Source: Chloroflexota bacterium (lineage in GTDB: Bacteria > Chloroflexota > Dehalococcoidia > Lucifugimonadales > UBA3495). Taken from it: DNA of 64,000 nt. Below the pieces are notes generated by a model. The model did no database searches, was not told the origin of the DNA, and saw only the letters and a program-made list of their open reading frames with translations. The translations under genes and the position numbers were made by a program. Positions 55,312 to 63,965 of the stretch are shown here, piece by piece; within the stretch, counting starts at the first letter, position 1; each line of letters opens with the position of its first letter. Location of the stretch: assembly GCA_028875655.1 (NCBI GenBank), contig JAPPCX010000085.1:9887-73886 (forward strand), given 5' to 3'.

Positions 55312-56298
55312 TTACGCGTTGTCCAGCCGGTCGTGTTCTTCAAGTATCCTGCGGGCGTTGTCCACGTCCCGGTTCATCTGGGTGATGAGGGCATCGATGC
55401 CGTCAAAGGTCTCCTGGCCGCGAAGCCGAGACACGAATTCCAGCCGCAGGTTCTCGTCGTAGATATCATCCGAGAAGTCCAGCAGGTGGGCCTCGATGAG
55501 GCGCTGGCTGAGGCCGAAGGTGGGGCGGACGCCGATGCTGGTGGCGGCCAGGTGCCGCACGCCGTTGACTGTGGCGTAGGTGGCGTACACGCCGTCGGCG
55601 GGGATGACGAAGTTCTGGGTGGGGATTATGTTGGCGGTGGGGAAACCCAGCTGCCGCCCCATCTTGGCGCCATGCACCACCACGCCGTCGGTGGCGTAGG
55701 GCCGGCCCAGCAGGTACTCGGCGCCGTCCACGTTCCCGTCGGCCAGTGAGTTGCGCACGCGCCGGCTGCGGACGGCCTCGCCTTCCAGTTCCAGCGGGGC
55801 CACCGTTTCCACCCAGAAGCCCAGGGAGGCGCCGCGGCGGTGCAAGTATTCCAGGTTGCCGCTGCGGTTGCGGCCCAGGGCGAAATCCGGCCCCGTGACG
55901 ATGCCACGCATCTTGAGGCAATCGACCAGCAGGGCGGTGAACTCGTTGGCGTCCAGGTTGGCCAGTTCGTTGGTGAATTCCAGGCAGATGACGCGGCCCA
56001 CGCCGGCGTCGTAGAGCAACTGCACCTTTTCTTCGGGGGTGATGATCTTGTTGACGGTGCGGTCGGGGTTGACCACCTCGGCGGGATGGTTGCTGAAGGT
56101 GATCACCGTGGGGATCAGCGACGGCGCGGCCAACTCGAACATACGCTGGAGCAGGTGGCGATGGCCGCGATGGACTCCGTCGAAAACGCCGATGGTGATG
56201 ACGGTTTCCCCGCCGGGCGGAGGCGCAGCGTCGGCAAGGGCCTGGCGAAAACTGCCACCGTCAAGGGCGCGGGGAGCAGGGTTTTCCGGAGTTGACAT
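55312..56298 (-). CDS. ribF: Bifunctional riboflavin kinase / FMN adenylyltransferase
   Basis: IGVFDGVHRGHRHLL (FAD synthetase) and GFPTANI...GVYA...RPT (riboflavin kinase) motifs. Confidence 0.92.
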   Translation of the reverse strand: MSTPENPAPRALDGGSFRQALADAAPPPGGETVITIGVFDGVHRGHRHLLQRMFELAAPSLIPTVITFSNHPAEVVNPDRTVNKIITPEEKVQLLYDAGVGRVICLEFTNELANLDANEFTALLVDCLKMRGIVTGPDFALGRNRSGNLEYLHRRGASLGFWVETVAPLELEGEAVRSRRVRNSLADGNVDGAEYLLGRPYATDGVVVHGAKMGRQLGFPTANIIPTQNFVIPADGVYATYATVNGVRHLAATSIGVRPTFGLSQRLIEAHLLDFSDDIYDENLRLEFVSRLRGQETFDGIDALITQMNRDVDNARRILEEHDRLDNA

Positions 56299-56541
56299 TG
56301 CTGCAGATTGGCCGCGAATTGAATGAACGGACGTAACGTTGGCCGCAGATAGTCAGGAGCGCCCGGCGCGTCAGTAAGTGCGAATGTCCGCTGCGGCGTC
56401 GCGTAGCATGGCACGACGATGGTAGCACACCCGCCGACGGGCGGGCAAGCAAGGAGGAGCGTGGTTCGACACGCTCGCCACGAGCGGGGGCGGCATGGAG
56501 CAGTGGCTGGGGAGTGAGCGGAGATTGGCCTAGTGAAGGGG

Positions 56542-56570
56542 TTGACAGGCGGCACATTCGCAATTACGAT
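56542..56570 (+). promoter_or_regulatory. Near-consensus sigma70 promoter of small-protein gene A
   Basis: TTGACA (56542-56547), a 17-nt spacer, then TACGAT (56565-56570). GGGAGGAAA SD lies 6 nt upstream of ATG 56626. Confidence 0.55.
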
Positions 56571-56625
56571 AATGAAAATCGCAATCGGTAATGATTCGGT
56601 GAATCAAGCAGGGAGGAAAGCAACG

Positions 56626-56847
56626 ATGGTTACTGTCAACGAGCGAACGATCAACGACCAGATTGACCGGCGATCCGGGTTGCTTAGCGAATGGGTGGAA
56701 GAGGACATGAGCAACGTGCTGACCGAGTTCGGGGCACGGATGGAAGACGCCGCGCCGGAGCGAGTCCGGCACATCCCGCCGCCGAGCCTGGCCTATGGCA
56801 TTCCCATGGCCGGAGTGCGGTACTACACCTACGTACCGGAGAGTTAG
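56626..56847 (+). CDS. Small protein A (73 aa), paralog of small protein B
   Basis: It shares MVT(V/L)NER, DM..VL.EFG and YGIPMAGVRYYT with the ORF at 57064. The leader GGGAGGAA(A)GCAACGATGGTTAC is conserved between the two. The track ORF start at 56533 runs through the promoter. Confidence 0.65.
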   Translation: MVTVNERTINDQIDRRSGLLSEWVEEDMSNVLTEFGARMEDAAPERVRHIPPPSLAYGIPMAGVRYYTYVPES

Positions 56848-56980
56848 CGGCGGAGAGAAACGGCGCAGCGTCCCGGGGCGGCCATCAGGGTCGCCCCGCT
56901 TGTTGTCGCTGGTGGCGGGCGTGATAGGACGAGCGGAGACGACTCGCCGGTTTTTTAATACGGTTTTAACGTTTGTGATA

Positions 56981-57009
56981 TTGACTATCATGGATATTGC
57001 ACCTATGAT
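56981..57009 (+). promoter_or_regulatory. Near-consensus sigma70 promoter of small-protein gene B
   Basis: TTGACT (56981-56986), a 17-nt spacer, then TATGAT (57004-57009). GGGAGGAA SD lies upstream of ATG 57064. Confidence 0.6.
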
Positions 57010-57063
57010 ACAAACCGTATCAACTTTCAGGCAACGATAATCCACTACAGGGAGGAAGCAACG

Positions 57064-57273
57064 ATGGTTACCCTCAATGAACGCCCCACCACCAAGAACG
57101 CCAGTCGCGGCGCCGCCCTCCTTGGGGACCAGGTGAAGCAGGATATGGCGGACGTGCTGAACGAGTTCGGCGTCCAGCCTGCCGAGCCGGTAATTGAAGC
57201 ACCCAAGATGACGTTCGGCTACGGGATTCCCATGGCCGGCGTGCGGTACTACACCTTCGCGCGCGCGGCTTAG
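57064..57273 (+). CDS. Small protein B (69 aa), paralog of small protein A
   Basis: Strong SD, its own promoter and terminator, and clear paralogy to 56626-56847. Confidence 0.7.
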   Translation: MVTLNERPTTKNASRGAALLGDQVKQDMADVLNEFGVQPAEPVIEAPKMTFGYGIPMAGVRYYTFARAA

Positions 57274-57305
57274 CGCAGCAGGCTGAAGGCGGGCTAACGC
57301 TGGTC

Positions 57306-57340
57306 GGGCCGGGGAAATGTCCCCGGCCCTTTTGTTTATT
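57306..57340 (+). terminator. Rho-independent terminator of small-protein gene B
   Basis: GGGCCGGGG-AAATGT-CCCCGGCCC followed by TTTTGTTTATTT. Confidence 0.75.
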
Positions 57341-57351
57341 TCCGCGCTGCG

Positions 57352-57389
57352 CCCCCTCACCCAGCCCTCTCCCGCGAGGGGAGAGGGCT
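57352..57389. repeat. Family C repeat copy (CCCCCTCACCCAGCCCTCTCCCGCGAGGGGAGAGGGCT)
   Basis: Related to 41180-41217. Its hairpin AGCCCTCTCCC/GGGAGAGGGCT lies just downstream of the stop of the minus-strand TrxR-like gene. Confidence 0.8.
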
Positions 57390-57402
57390 ATTAAGATGCT
57401 GG

Positions 57403-58668
57403 TCAGTCGCCCGAGTAGCCGCGATTGGGGATTTCGTCCTCCATGTGGGCGCGGATGCCGATGAGAGCGGCGGCGCCCTCGCCGACGGCGGCGGCCACCT
57501 GCTTGGTGCTGCCGGCGCGGGCGTCGCCGGCGGCGAATATGCCGTGGCGGTTGGTTTCCATCATGGACGCGTCCGGGGCCGAGCCGGTTACGATGAATCC
57601 GCGCTGGTCCAGCTCCACCACGTCGGAGAGGAAGCCGGTGTTGGGGTCCAGGCCGATGAACACGAAGACGCCGGCGGGGTGGAGTTCCTGCTGTTGGCCG
57701 GTTTTGAGGTCCTCCACCAGGACGGACTCCAGCTTGCCATTGCCGCGAAACTCGCGGACGGTGGTGTTGAGGCGGACGTCCATTTGAGGATGGGCGGCGG
57801 CTTTGTCCTGCAGCACCTGGCTGGCGCGCAGGCGGTCGCCTACCTCCAGAACTGTAACGCGGGAGGCGAAGCGGGTGAGGAACAGACCCTCCTCGATGCC
57901 GCTGTTGCCGCCGCCGACCACCAGGGTGTCCAGATCACGGTAGAAGGGGCCGTCGCAGGTGGCGCAGAAGTGGACGCCGGCGCCGATGAAGTCATCCTCG
58001 CCGGGGACGTTGAGCCGGCGGTAGCGAGTTCCCGGAGCGAGCAACAGGGCCGGGGCGCGGTACTGCTGACCCGATTCGGTGGCGACAGTGTGGGACACGG
58101 CCCGCACTCCCGACTCTTCTCCCTCCGGAAGAGAGGTGTCTATGGACGCGACGGTCTGGGCGACCAGGAGTTCCACGCCGAAGCGTTCGGCCTGCTCGCG
58201 CATACGGTCGGCGAGGTCGGCGCCGGCGATGCCCTGGGCGAAGCCGGGGTAGTTGTCGATGCGCTCGGTGGAACCGGCCTGTCCACCTACCCCGCCGCGC
58301 TCAATGACCAGGGTGTCCATGCCCTCGCGGGCAGCGTAGATGGCGGCGGTGAGTCCGGCGGGGCCGGCGCCGATGATGATGAGGTCGTAATAGGACCGGC
58401 TGGCCTGGGGGATGATGCCCAGGCGGGCGGCAAGCTCGGCGTTGCTGGGCTCGGCCAGGACGGGGCCGCCGTCATGGAACACAATGGTGGGGATAATCTG
58501 CCGGCCGTCGTTGAGCCGGCGGACGGTTTCCTGGGCGTCCGGTTCCTGCTCGATGTCGATCCAGCGATAGGGTATGCGATGCTCGGCGAGGAACTGCTTG
58601 GAGCGTCGGCAGTCGGGGCACCAGAGGGCGCCGTACACGGTTATGTCGGGATAGGTGGGCGTGGTCAT
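57403..58668 (-). CDS. Thioredoxin-disulfide reductase fused to an N-terminal glutaredoxin-like domain
   Basis: N-terminus YGALWCPDCRRSKQFL (CxxC, Grx/NrdH-like), followed by FAD GxGxxG (IIIGAGPAGLTAA), the redox-active CATCDG, and the NADPH-site GGGNSG. Confidence 0.88.
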   Translation of the reverse strand: MTTPTYPDITVYGALWCPDCRRSKQFLAEHRIPYRWIDIEQEPDAQETVRRLNDGRQIIPTIVFHDGGPVLAEPSNAELAARLGIIPQASRSYYDLIIIGAGPAGLTAAIYAAREGMDTLVIERGGVGGQAGSTERIDNYPGFAQGIAGADLADRMREQAERFGVELLVAQTVASIDTSLPEGEESGVRAVSHTVATESGQQYRAPALLLAPGTRYRRLNVPGEDDFIGAGVHFCATCDGPFYRDLDTLVVGGGNSGIEEGLFLTRFASRVTVLEVGDRLRASQVLQDKAAAHPQMDVRLNTTVREFRGNGKLESVLVEDLKTGQQQELHPAGVFVFIGLDPNTGFLSDVVELDQRGFIVTGSAPDASMMETNRHGIFAAGDARAGSTKQVAAAVGEGAAALIGIRAHMEDEIPNRGYSGD

Positions 58669-58708
58669 CGGATGCTTGCTCCGGAGCGGCGGCGGTCGGA
58701 CGACGATG

Positions 58709-59992
58709 TCACAAAATTACGGCGGATTCACGCCATTGGGCGATGGTGTCGGGTGGGTAGCCGAGGTCGGTGAGGACGGAGTCGGTGTGTTCGCCGAGGG
58801 CGGGGAGGTCGCCGGCCTGGAGGGGGGTGTCGCTGAAGGCTACCAGGGGGCCGGCCATGCGGACGTTGCCGAGGTCGCGGTGGTTAACGTCCACGGCGAA
58901 GTTGTTGGCCTCGACCTGGGGGTGGTCAAACAGCTCTTCGACGAAACGCACCGGGCCGGCCGGGACGCCGGCGGTGTCCAGCAAGGTCAGCCATTCGCCG
59001 TTGGTTTTGGCGCGGAAGATTGCCTCAGCGTCGGTCATCAGTTGGGCGCCGAACTCGGCGGCTTCCCGGGAATGTTGGTCGTAGCCCTCGTCGAAGCGGA
59101 TGTCGTGGAGGCCGATCACGTCCAGCAGCTTGAGGCGGAGGGCGGCGTTTAGGCAGCCGACCACCAGCATGCCGTCGGCGGTCTGGAAGAAACGGTAGTA
59201 GATGTTGCCGGGGGACTGGAAGTGCTGGGCCTGGTACACCTCCAGCAGGTCGGGATAGGGTGTGCCGGCGGCGCGCATGGCGTCCACGGACGCGCGGACC
59301 TCGCGGTGGGGTTCCAGGTCCAGGGAGTCGATGCGGACGAAACGCATCCCCAGCATGAGCAGGCTGGTTCCAAGCAGGGATGCTTCGAGCTTCTGGCCTT
59401 GTCTTTTTTGACCGGGGACGGCGTTGCGTTCGCGGGCGAACAGCGCGCCGCAGACGGCCCACGCCTGGGCCAATCCGCAGGCGGAATCGACGAGGGGACT
59501 GGCGACAATCTGCTCGGGAACGCCGTTGACGACCTTGCCCTCGGCGGTGGCGATGCCGGACATGGCCTGGATGATGATGTCGTAGCCGGGGCGGTAGGCG
59601 TCGGGGCCCTCGTAACCGAAGGCGGAACCCTCGCAGTAGATGATGGCCGGGTTGATGGCGGACAGGGTCTCGTAGTCGATGCCCAAGCGACCGGCAACGT
59701 CGGGCCGGTTGTTGGCGAGGACGACGTCGGCCTGCCCAGTGAGGCGGCGTATCACGTCGGCGGCTTCGGGCCTGGTGAGGTCCAGGGTCATGGAGCGTTT
59801 GCCGCGGTTGTAGGCCATGAAAGGGCGGCCGTCGGTGGGCAGGACGGCCTGGGCATAGCGCCAAAGGTCGCCCCAAGGCGGTTCGACCTTAATTATGCTG
59901 GCGCCCATATCGGCCAGCAGCATCCCCGCGGTGGGGGTGGCGATCATCGTGGAGAATTCGACGACGTTGATGCCGTGGAGGGGGCCGGGCAT
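58709..59992 (-). CDS. Family III CoA-transferase (CaiB/BaiF)
   Basis: GINVVEFSTMIATPTAGMLLADMGASIIKVEPPWGD is the typical N-terminal signature. Confidence 0.85.
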   Translation of the reverse strand: MPGPLHGINVVEFSTMIATPTAGMLLADMGASIIKVEPPWGDLWRYAQAVLPTDGRPFMAYNRGKRSMTLDLTRPEAADVIRRLTGQADVVLANNRPDVAGRLGIDYETLSAINPAIIYCEGSAFGYEGPDAYRPGYDIIIQAMSGIATAEGKVVNGVPEQIVASPLVDSACGLAQAWAVCGALFARERNAVPGQKRQGQKLEASLLGTSLLMLGMRFVRIDSLDLEPHREVRASVDAMRAAGTPYPDLLEVYQAQHFQSPGNIYYRFFQTADGMLVVGCLNAALRLKLLDVIGLHDIRFDEGYDQHSREAAEFGAQLMTDAEAIFRAKTNGEWLTLLDTAGVPAGPVRFVEELFDHPQVEANNFAVDVNHRDLGNVRMAGPLVAFSDTPLQAGDLPALGEHTDSVLTDLGYPPDTIAQWRESAVIL

Positions 59993-60061
59993 AGGGCTAT
60001 TGCAGCGGTGGCTAGGCGGGCAATCGGGGCGGTTTTGAGTGTCGCCTATTATAGCATCGGG

Positions 60062-61390
60062 CTATTGGGTGAGGCGGATACGTTCGGGGCCGAGAGCCAG
60101 CATGTCGGGCGGGATCATGGCGGCGAGGGATGACGGGGTGTAGCCGTGCCCGGCGGGTTGGCCGTCCAGCCACGACAGTGCTGCTGCGGCGCGTTCCTGC
60201 GAGACTCCTTTGGCCTGGAGCAGGACGCGGAAATCACCAAGCCCGCCGGGTTGGGCCAAGTGGGTCAAGTTGGTACGCCAGGCGCGGGTGTCATCGGGTT
60301 CTGGTTGGAGGGCATCGGGCAGCGTTTCGGGGGGCAGGCCGTTGGGTCCGACGGGCAGGGTAATCCAGCCCGCCAAAGGCGGGCCGCCGGCGTCGACAGG
60401 CGGCGCGTTGCGGCGGATGGTTTGCAGGCCCAGGCGCTGCAGGAACCAGCCCTGGGGGACGTTGCCGACGGTGGCCAGGCCGGCTGTCTCACCGGCTCGT
60501 TGGGCGGAGGTGAAATCGACCTGGGCCGTGATGTCCTGGCGTCCCACGTAGAGCAGCGGCGCGTCGGTCTGGCGATGGGCGCGGTAGGTTACGAGGGTTC
60601 CCTGGGGCCGCAACGCCGGGTCGTAGAGGTCAGCAGCGGCGCGGCCATAGTCGAGGATAAGGACGAAACCGCAATCTACCATTGACGCAACCACTCCGGC
60701 CCACACATCCAGCAGCAGGCATATTTCGGCGGTTTGGCCGTCGGCCAGGGTGATGCCCAGATCTGAGAGACGAGATTCCAGATCCGGCGTTGAAGGTTCT
60801 GCCGGCAGCTCGACCAGTGCGCCCTCGTAGCCGTCGGCGACGTCGGACTCGATGGCGACGTACAGCTCGCGCAGGCGGCCTCCTTCCATGCGTACCTGAT
60901 GGACGGGCATGGCATCAAGCAGTTCGTTGGAGAGGACGCAGTGGACAGGCGAAGGAAGCGATGACAGATCGGGCGAAAGGATGTCGGCGACCACGCGCCC
61001 GGCGTTGGGCAACCCTGTTTCCCAGCCGGAAGCCGGGTAAGGGTCGATGACAGTGTACCTGATGGCATCGCCAAAACCGCCGGGCAGGTGGCGAGAAGCG
61101 GTGAGGATGTCACGACAGAGCAAGCCGTCGCCTCCGCCGGGTTCCAGGACGTTGAACGGATCGGGGCGTTCCAGCAACGTCCAGAGGTGGACGAGCTGAA
61201 CGGCGAGCAGTGCGCCGAAGGCGGGATGAATGCGGGGGCCGGTGTAGTAGTCAGAGCCGGCTGCGGGATGCGTGTAGTAGCCGCCCGGGCCGTAGAGGGC
61301 GGCGGCCATGAACTCGGCGAAGGTGATCGGGCCGTGGCGGGCGATGCGGCGGCGGATGGCCCGTTCCGCCGGGGAGGGAATTGTCGTCAC
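60062..61390 (-). CDS. MidA/NDUFAF7-like class I SAM-dependent methyltransferase (DUF185)
   Basis: ITFAEFMAAALYGPGGYYT at the N-terminus and VLEPGGGDGLL as the SAM motif I. Confidence 0.8.
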   Translation of the reverse strand: MTTIPSPAERAIRRRIARHGPITFAEFMAAALYGPGGYYTHPAAGSDYYTGPRIHPAFGALLAVQLVHLWTLLERPDPFNVLEPGGGDGLLCRDILTASRHLPGGFGDAIRYTVIDPYPASGWETGLPNAGRVVADILSPDLSSLPSPVHCVLSNELLDAMPVHQVRMEGGRLRELYVAIESDVADGYEGALVELPAEPSTPDLESRLSDLGITLADGQTAEICLLLDVWAGVVASMVDCGFVLILDYGRAAADLYDPALRPQGTLVTYRAHRQTDAPLLYVGRQDITAQVDFTSAQRAGETAGLATVGNVPQGWFLQRLGLQTIRRNAPPVDAGGPPLAGWITLPVGPNGLPPETLPDALQPEPDDTRAWRTNLTHLAQPGGLGDFRVLLQAKGVSQERAAAALSWLDGQPAGHGYTPSSLAAMIPPDMLALGPERIRLTQ

Positions 61391-61441
61391 GAGATTGCCA
61401 TCCGCCTCAGGCGGACTGCGCTCCCCGCACCAGCACGGTCA

Positions 61442-61813
61442 TCACCGGTACATGGGCTTGAAGAAGCTGTGAAGAAAGTTGTTGCGGTGGGCCCAGGAGT
61501 GGGCGCGCTTGAGCACGGCGTCGGGTATCGGTTCGGCACTGCGGCCCGGCCCTCCCGGATTGGTGATGCGCAGGGTTTCGTGGTCGGCCAGTTCGGGCGG
61601 AGCTTCGGCGGTGTAGAGCAGTTCGCAGCCCTCGGCCTCGGCGTAGAGCTTCAGGCTGTCGAATCCCTTCACGCGCCGGCCGGGCGTCTGATAGACGTAG
61701 AACTCGGTGCTGCCCACCAGCTCGTCGAAGTGGTCGTTGCCGTTGCCGCGTCCGCCGCCCTGGCGAATCTGGTCGCGGCCTATGCCGTAGTTGCTCAACC
61801 GTCTGTGCTGCAT
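61442..61813 (-). CDS. Hypothetical protein
   Basis: 123-aa ORF upstream of and co-directional with the MidA-like gene. No family recognised. Confidence 0.45.
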   Translation of the reverse strand: MQHRRLSNYGIGRDQIRQGGGRGNGNDHFDELVGSTEFYVYQTPGRRVKGFDSLKLYAEAEGCELLYTAEAPPELADHETLRITNPGGPGRSAEPIPDAVLKRAHSWAHRNNFLHSFFKPMYR

Positions 61814-62001
61814 GATGGAACCGCCTGAAGTCGCACTGTGTTTGCTATTGCGTGGCTTCGCTCAGCCACCGGCTCATGCCTTCGATGAAATCGTCGCGGA
61901 CTCGGCTGGACTCGCCGCAGAACTCCGAGATCAGCTGCTCTTTGAACGCCTGCGGATCCCGCCCGGCAGGAACTGCCAGTTGTTCGCCTGTTAACAACTA
62001 C

Positions 62002-62026
62002 CGTCATTCCGGTGAAAGCCGGAATC
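62002..62026. repeat. Family A repeat copy (GTCATTCCGGTGAAAGCCGGAATCC)
   Basis: Lies in the 300-nt spacer between two minus-strand genes. Confidence 0.85.
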
Positions 62027-62116
62027 CAGAAACCGTTAGTGACCGGCAATGTCGTTACTTTCATAAGGCTCTGGATCCCGGATCAAGTCCGGAATGGCGG
62101 TAGTAATCGAGCGACT

Positions 62117-63028
62117 CTACGGGTAGATGGCCCAGCCGACGGTGTCGGTTTTGGCGTGGAAGAAGTGGCCGTCGGTGGAAGTCACGAAAACGTCGGTGTT
62201 GTCGGCACCGCCGAAACAGACGTTGGTGGGGCGGGTGGCCGCCACCGGATGGGTTTCGATGACGCGGCCGGTGGGGGAGAACACGTAGAGCATGGGGCCG
62301 GGGCCGCCGCTAGGCCAGCCGGCGGTGGCGATGATGTTGCCGTCGGTGTCCAGGCACATGCCGTCGATGCCGCGGTGGACAGCGTTGGCGTCGCGCCCGA
62401 AGGTGTGCAGCGTCTTGTAGCTGCCCAGAGACCCATCGGCGTTGATGGGGTAGGCGCGCAACTCGCGGTCGATGCCGATCTCGTCGCTGTTGCTCTCGGC
62501 GACGTACAGGGTGCTGCCGTCGGGGGAGACCAGGATGCCGTTGGGCATGGTGGTGTCCCAGGTGGAGCGGACAGTCTGGTATGAACCGTCGGCCTGGGGC
62601 ACGGCACACAGGACGGAGCGGTGGTCCAGCTGTTCCACCTCATGGGGGTCTATGTTGCCGGCGTTCCAGGGGTTGGTGAACCAGATGCGTCCCTGGCGGT
62701 CGATGGCCAGGTCGTTGGGGGTATTCAGCGGCACGCCGTCCAGGTTGTCGGCGACGGTGACCATGCTGCCGTCGGGGTCGAAACGGACGATGGCGCGGCC
62801 GTTCTGACAGCACCCGAAGAGCCGGCCGTCGGCGTCAAAAGCCAAGCCGTTGGTGCGGTTGGTGTTTTCGCGGAACACCGAGAATTCACCGGACTTGGGG
62901 TTGTAGGCGTAGATCCGGCTGGCGTGAATGTGGGTGAACAGGGCGACCTCGCCGTTCCAGGCGGGGCCTTCGGTGATGCCGCCGGGCGGGTCTTCAAAAC
63001 GGTTGAGGAGGCTGAAACGCCAGGACAT
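62117..63028 (-). CDS. SMP-30/gluconolactonase/LRE-family beta-propeller protein
   Basis: GITEGPAWNGE, NGLAFDADGRL, PNDLAIDRQGRIWFT and PNGILVSPDGSTLYVAE are blade motifs. Confidence 0.85.
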   Translation of the reverse strand: MSWRFSLLNRFEDPPGGITEGPAWNGEVALFTHIHASRIYAYNPKSGEFSVFRENTNRTNGLAFDADGRLFGCCQNGRAIVRFDPDGSMVTVADNLDGVPLNTPNDLAIDRQGRIWFTNPWNAGNIDPHEVEQLDHRSVLCAVPQADGSYQTVRSTWDTTMPNGILVSPDGSTLYVAESNSDEIGIDRELRAYPINADGSLGSYKTLHTFGRDANAVHRGIDGMCLDTDGNIIATAGWPSGGPGPMLYVFSPTGRVIETHPVAATRPTNVCFGGADNTDVFVTSTDGHFFHAKTDTVGWAIYP

Positions 63029-63052
63029 ATTGGGGTTCTCCTTGCAGGTGGT

Positions 63053-63072
63053 CCTTCGACAAGCTCAGGATG
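63053..63072. repeat. Family D repeat copy, inverted (CCTTCGACAAGCTCAGGATG)
   Basis: Reverse complement of the CA(C/T)CCTGAGC(C/T)TGTCGAAGG unit seen at 9793-9813. Confidence 0.75.
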
Positions 63073-63199
63073 AGCGGGAAAGTTGACTGGGCTCAGCATG
63101 AGCGAGCAGGTTTGGCGGGATTGTAGCAGATGCAGCCGATTGCAGGCATACCTCTGCGGAATTACAATGGATACATAACATAACGTTCAAAATATAGAG

Positions 63200-63904
63200 G
63201 TGTTGACCTTGGTATCCGTAGGCTCCAGGAAGTTTCTGGCAACCGTGGTGTCCGTCCTGGCCGCCGTAGTCGTGCTTGGCGTGGCGGCGTGGATGCTGAT
63301 GGGCAACAATGGCGGCGGCCCGCAAGCTGACGCCGACGTGCGGATCGTACCTCCGGTGGATGCCGCAAACGCGGACACTTCCATCGGCACTGATGCCCCT
63401 ATCGTCTCCCGACACGATGAAACGCCCGTCCCGGTTGATATTGCCGTGTATCTGACGGGGGAGGTAATCAACCCGGGCGTTTATACAGTGGCTCCGGGGC
63501 AGCGGCTGACCGACGTGGTAAATCTGGCCGGAGGCCCCACCGAAAACGCCGACCTGGGCCGCGTCAACCTGGCGGCCTACGTATCGGACGCCGCCCATTA
63601 TCGGATACCAGCCAAGGGGGCAACCGACGACAGCATGGTCGGCGCGGTTTCGGATACCAATGGATCCGGGACAAGCCGAATTCCGTCAACTGCCACCTGC
63701 GCCGTTCCCGTTGACATCAACGTCGCCAGCGCGGAATGCTTGGAAACGCTGCCCGGCATCGGCAGCGTTCGCGCGCAGTCCATCGTGGCCCACCGGGATC
63801 AGGCAGGACCATTCGTCACCGCCGACAGCATAACCGCCGTACCGGGCATCGGCGATGGCATCTACGGGCGTATCGCCGACATGATTACCGTCAACAGCCG
63901 GTGA
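63200..63904 (+). CDS. comEA: ComEA-family DNA-binding competence protein
   Basis: N-terminal TM, an SLBB-like region (VYLTGEVINPGVYTVAPGQRLTDVV), and two C-terminal HhH motifs (LETLPGIGSVRAQSIV; ITAVPGIGDGIYGRI). Confidence 0.85.
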   Translation: MLTLVSVGSRKFLATVVSVLAAVVVLGVAAWMLMGNNGGGPQADADVRIVPPVDAANADTSIGTDAPIVSRHDETPVPVDIAVYLTGEVINPGVYTVAPGQRLTDVVNLAGGPTENADLGRVNLAAYVSDAAHYRIPAKGATDDSMVGAVSDTNGSGTSRIPSTATCAVPVDINVASAECLETLPGIGSVRAQSIVAHRDQAGPFVTADSITAVPGIGDGIYGRIADMITVNSR

Positions 63905-63930
63905 TGCTCTGGTACGGGTGTATTCACTTT

Positions 63931-63965
63931 GTCATTGCGAGGCGCGAATGCGCCGTGGCAATCTC
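63931..63965. repeat. Family E palindromic element (GTCATTGCGAGGCGCGAATGCGCCGTGGCAATCTC)
   Basis: Hairpin GGCGCGAATGCGCC flanked by the inverted pair CATTGC/GCAATC. Only one copy is present in this window. Confidence 0.6.

Noticed and set aside
56457-56476. A tRNA/tmRNA-like T-arm (GAGCGTG-GTTCGA-CACGCTC followed by GCCA).
   Set aside because: The hairpin has a 7-bp stem and a 6-nt loop rather than the 5-bp/7-nt T-arm geometry. No acceptor, D or anticodon arms can be built from the flanking sequence.
56530-57360. A 276-aa minus-strand ORF spanning the whole small-protein region.
   Set aside because: The plus strand carries two paralogous ORFs with promoters and SD sequences (and a terminator after the second). 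The minus-strand translation is low complexity and runs through those regulatory elements and a repeat.
8839-62026. The possibility that the family A repeats form a CRISPR array.
   Set aside because: The copies are kilobases apart, occur in both orientations, are individually palindromic, and are not separated by regular spacers. No cas genes are present.
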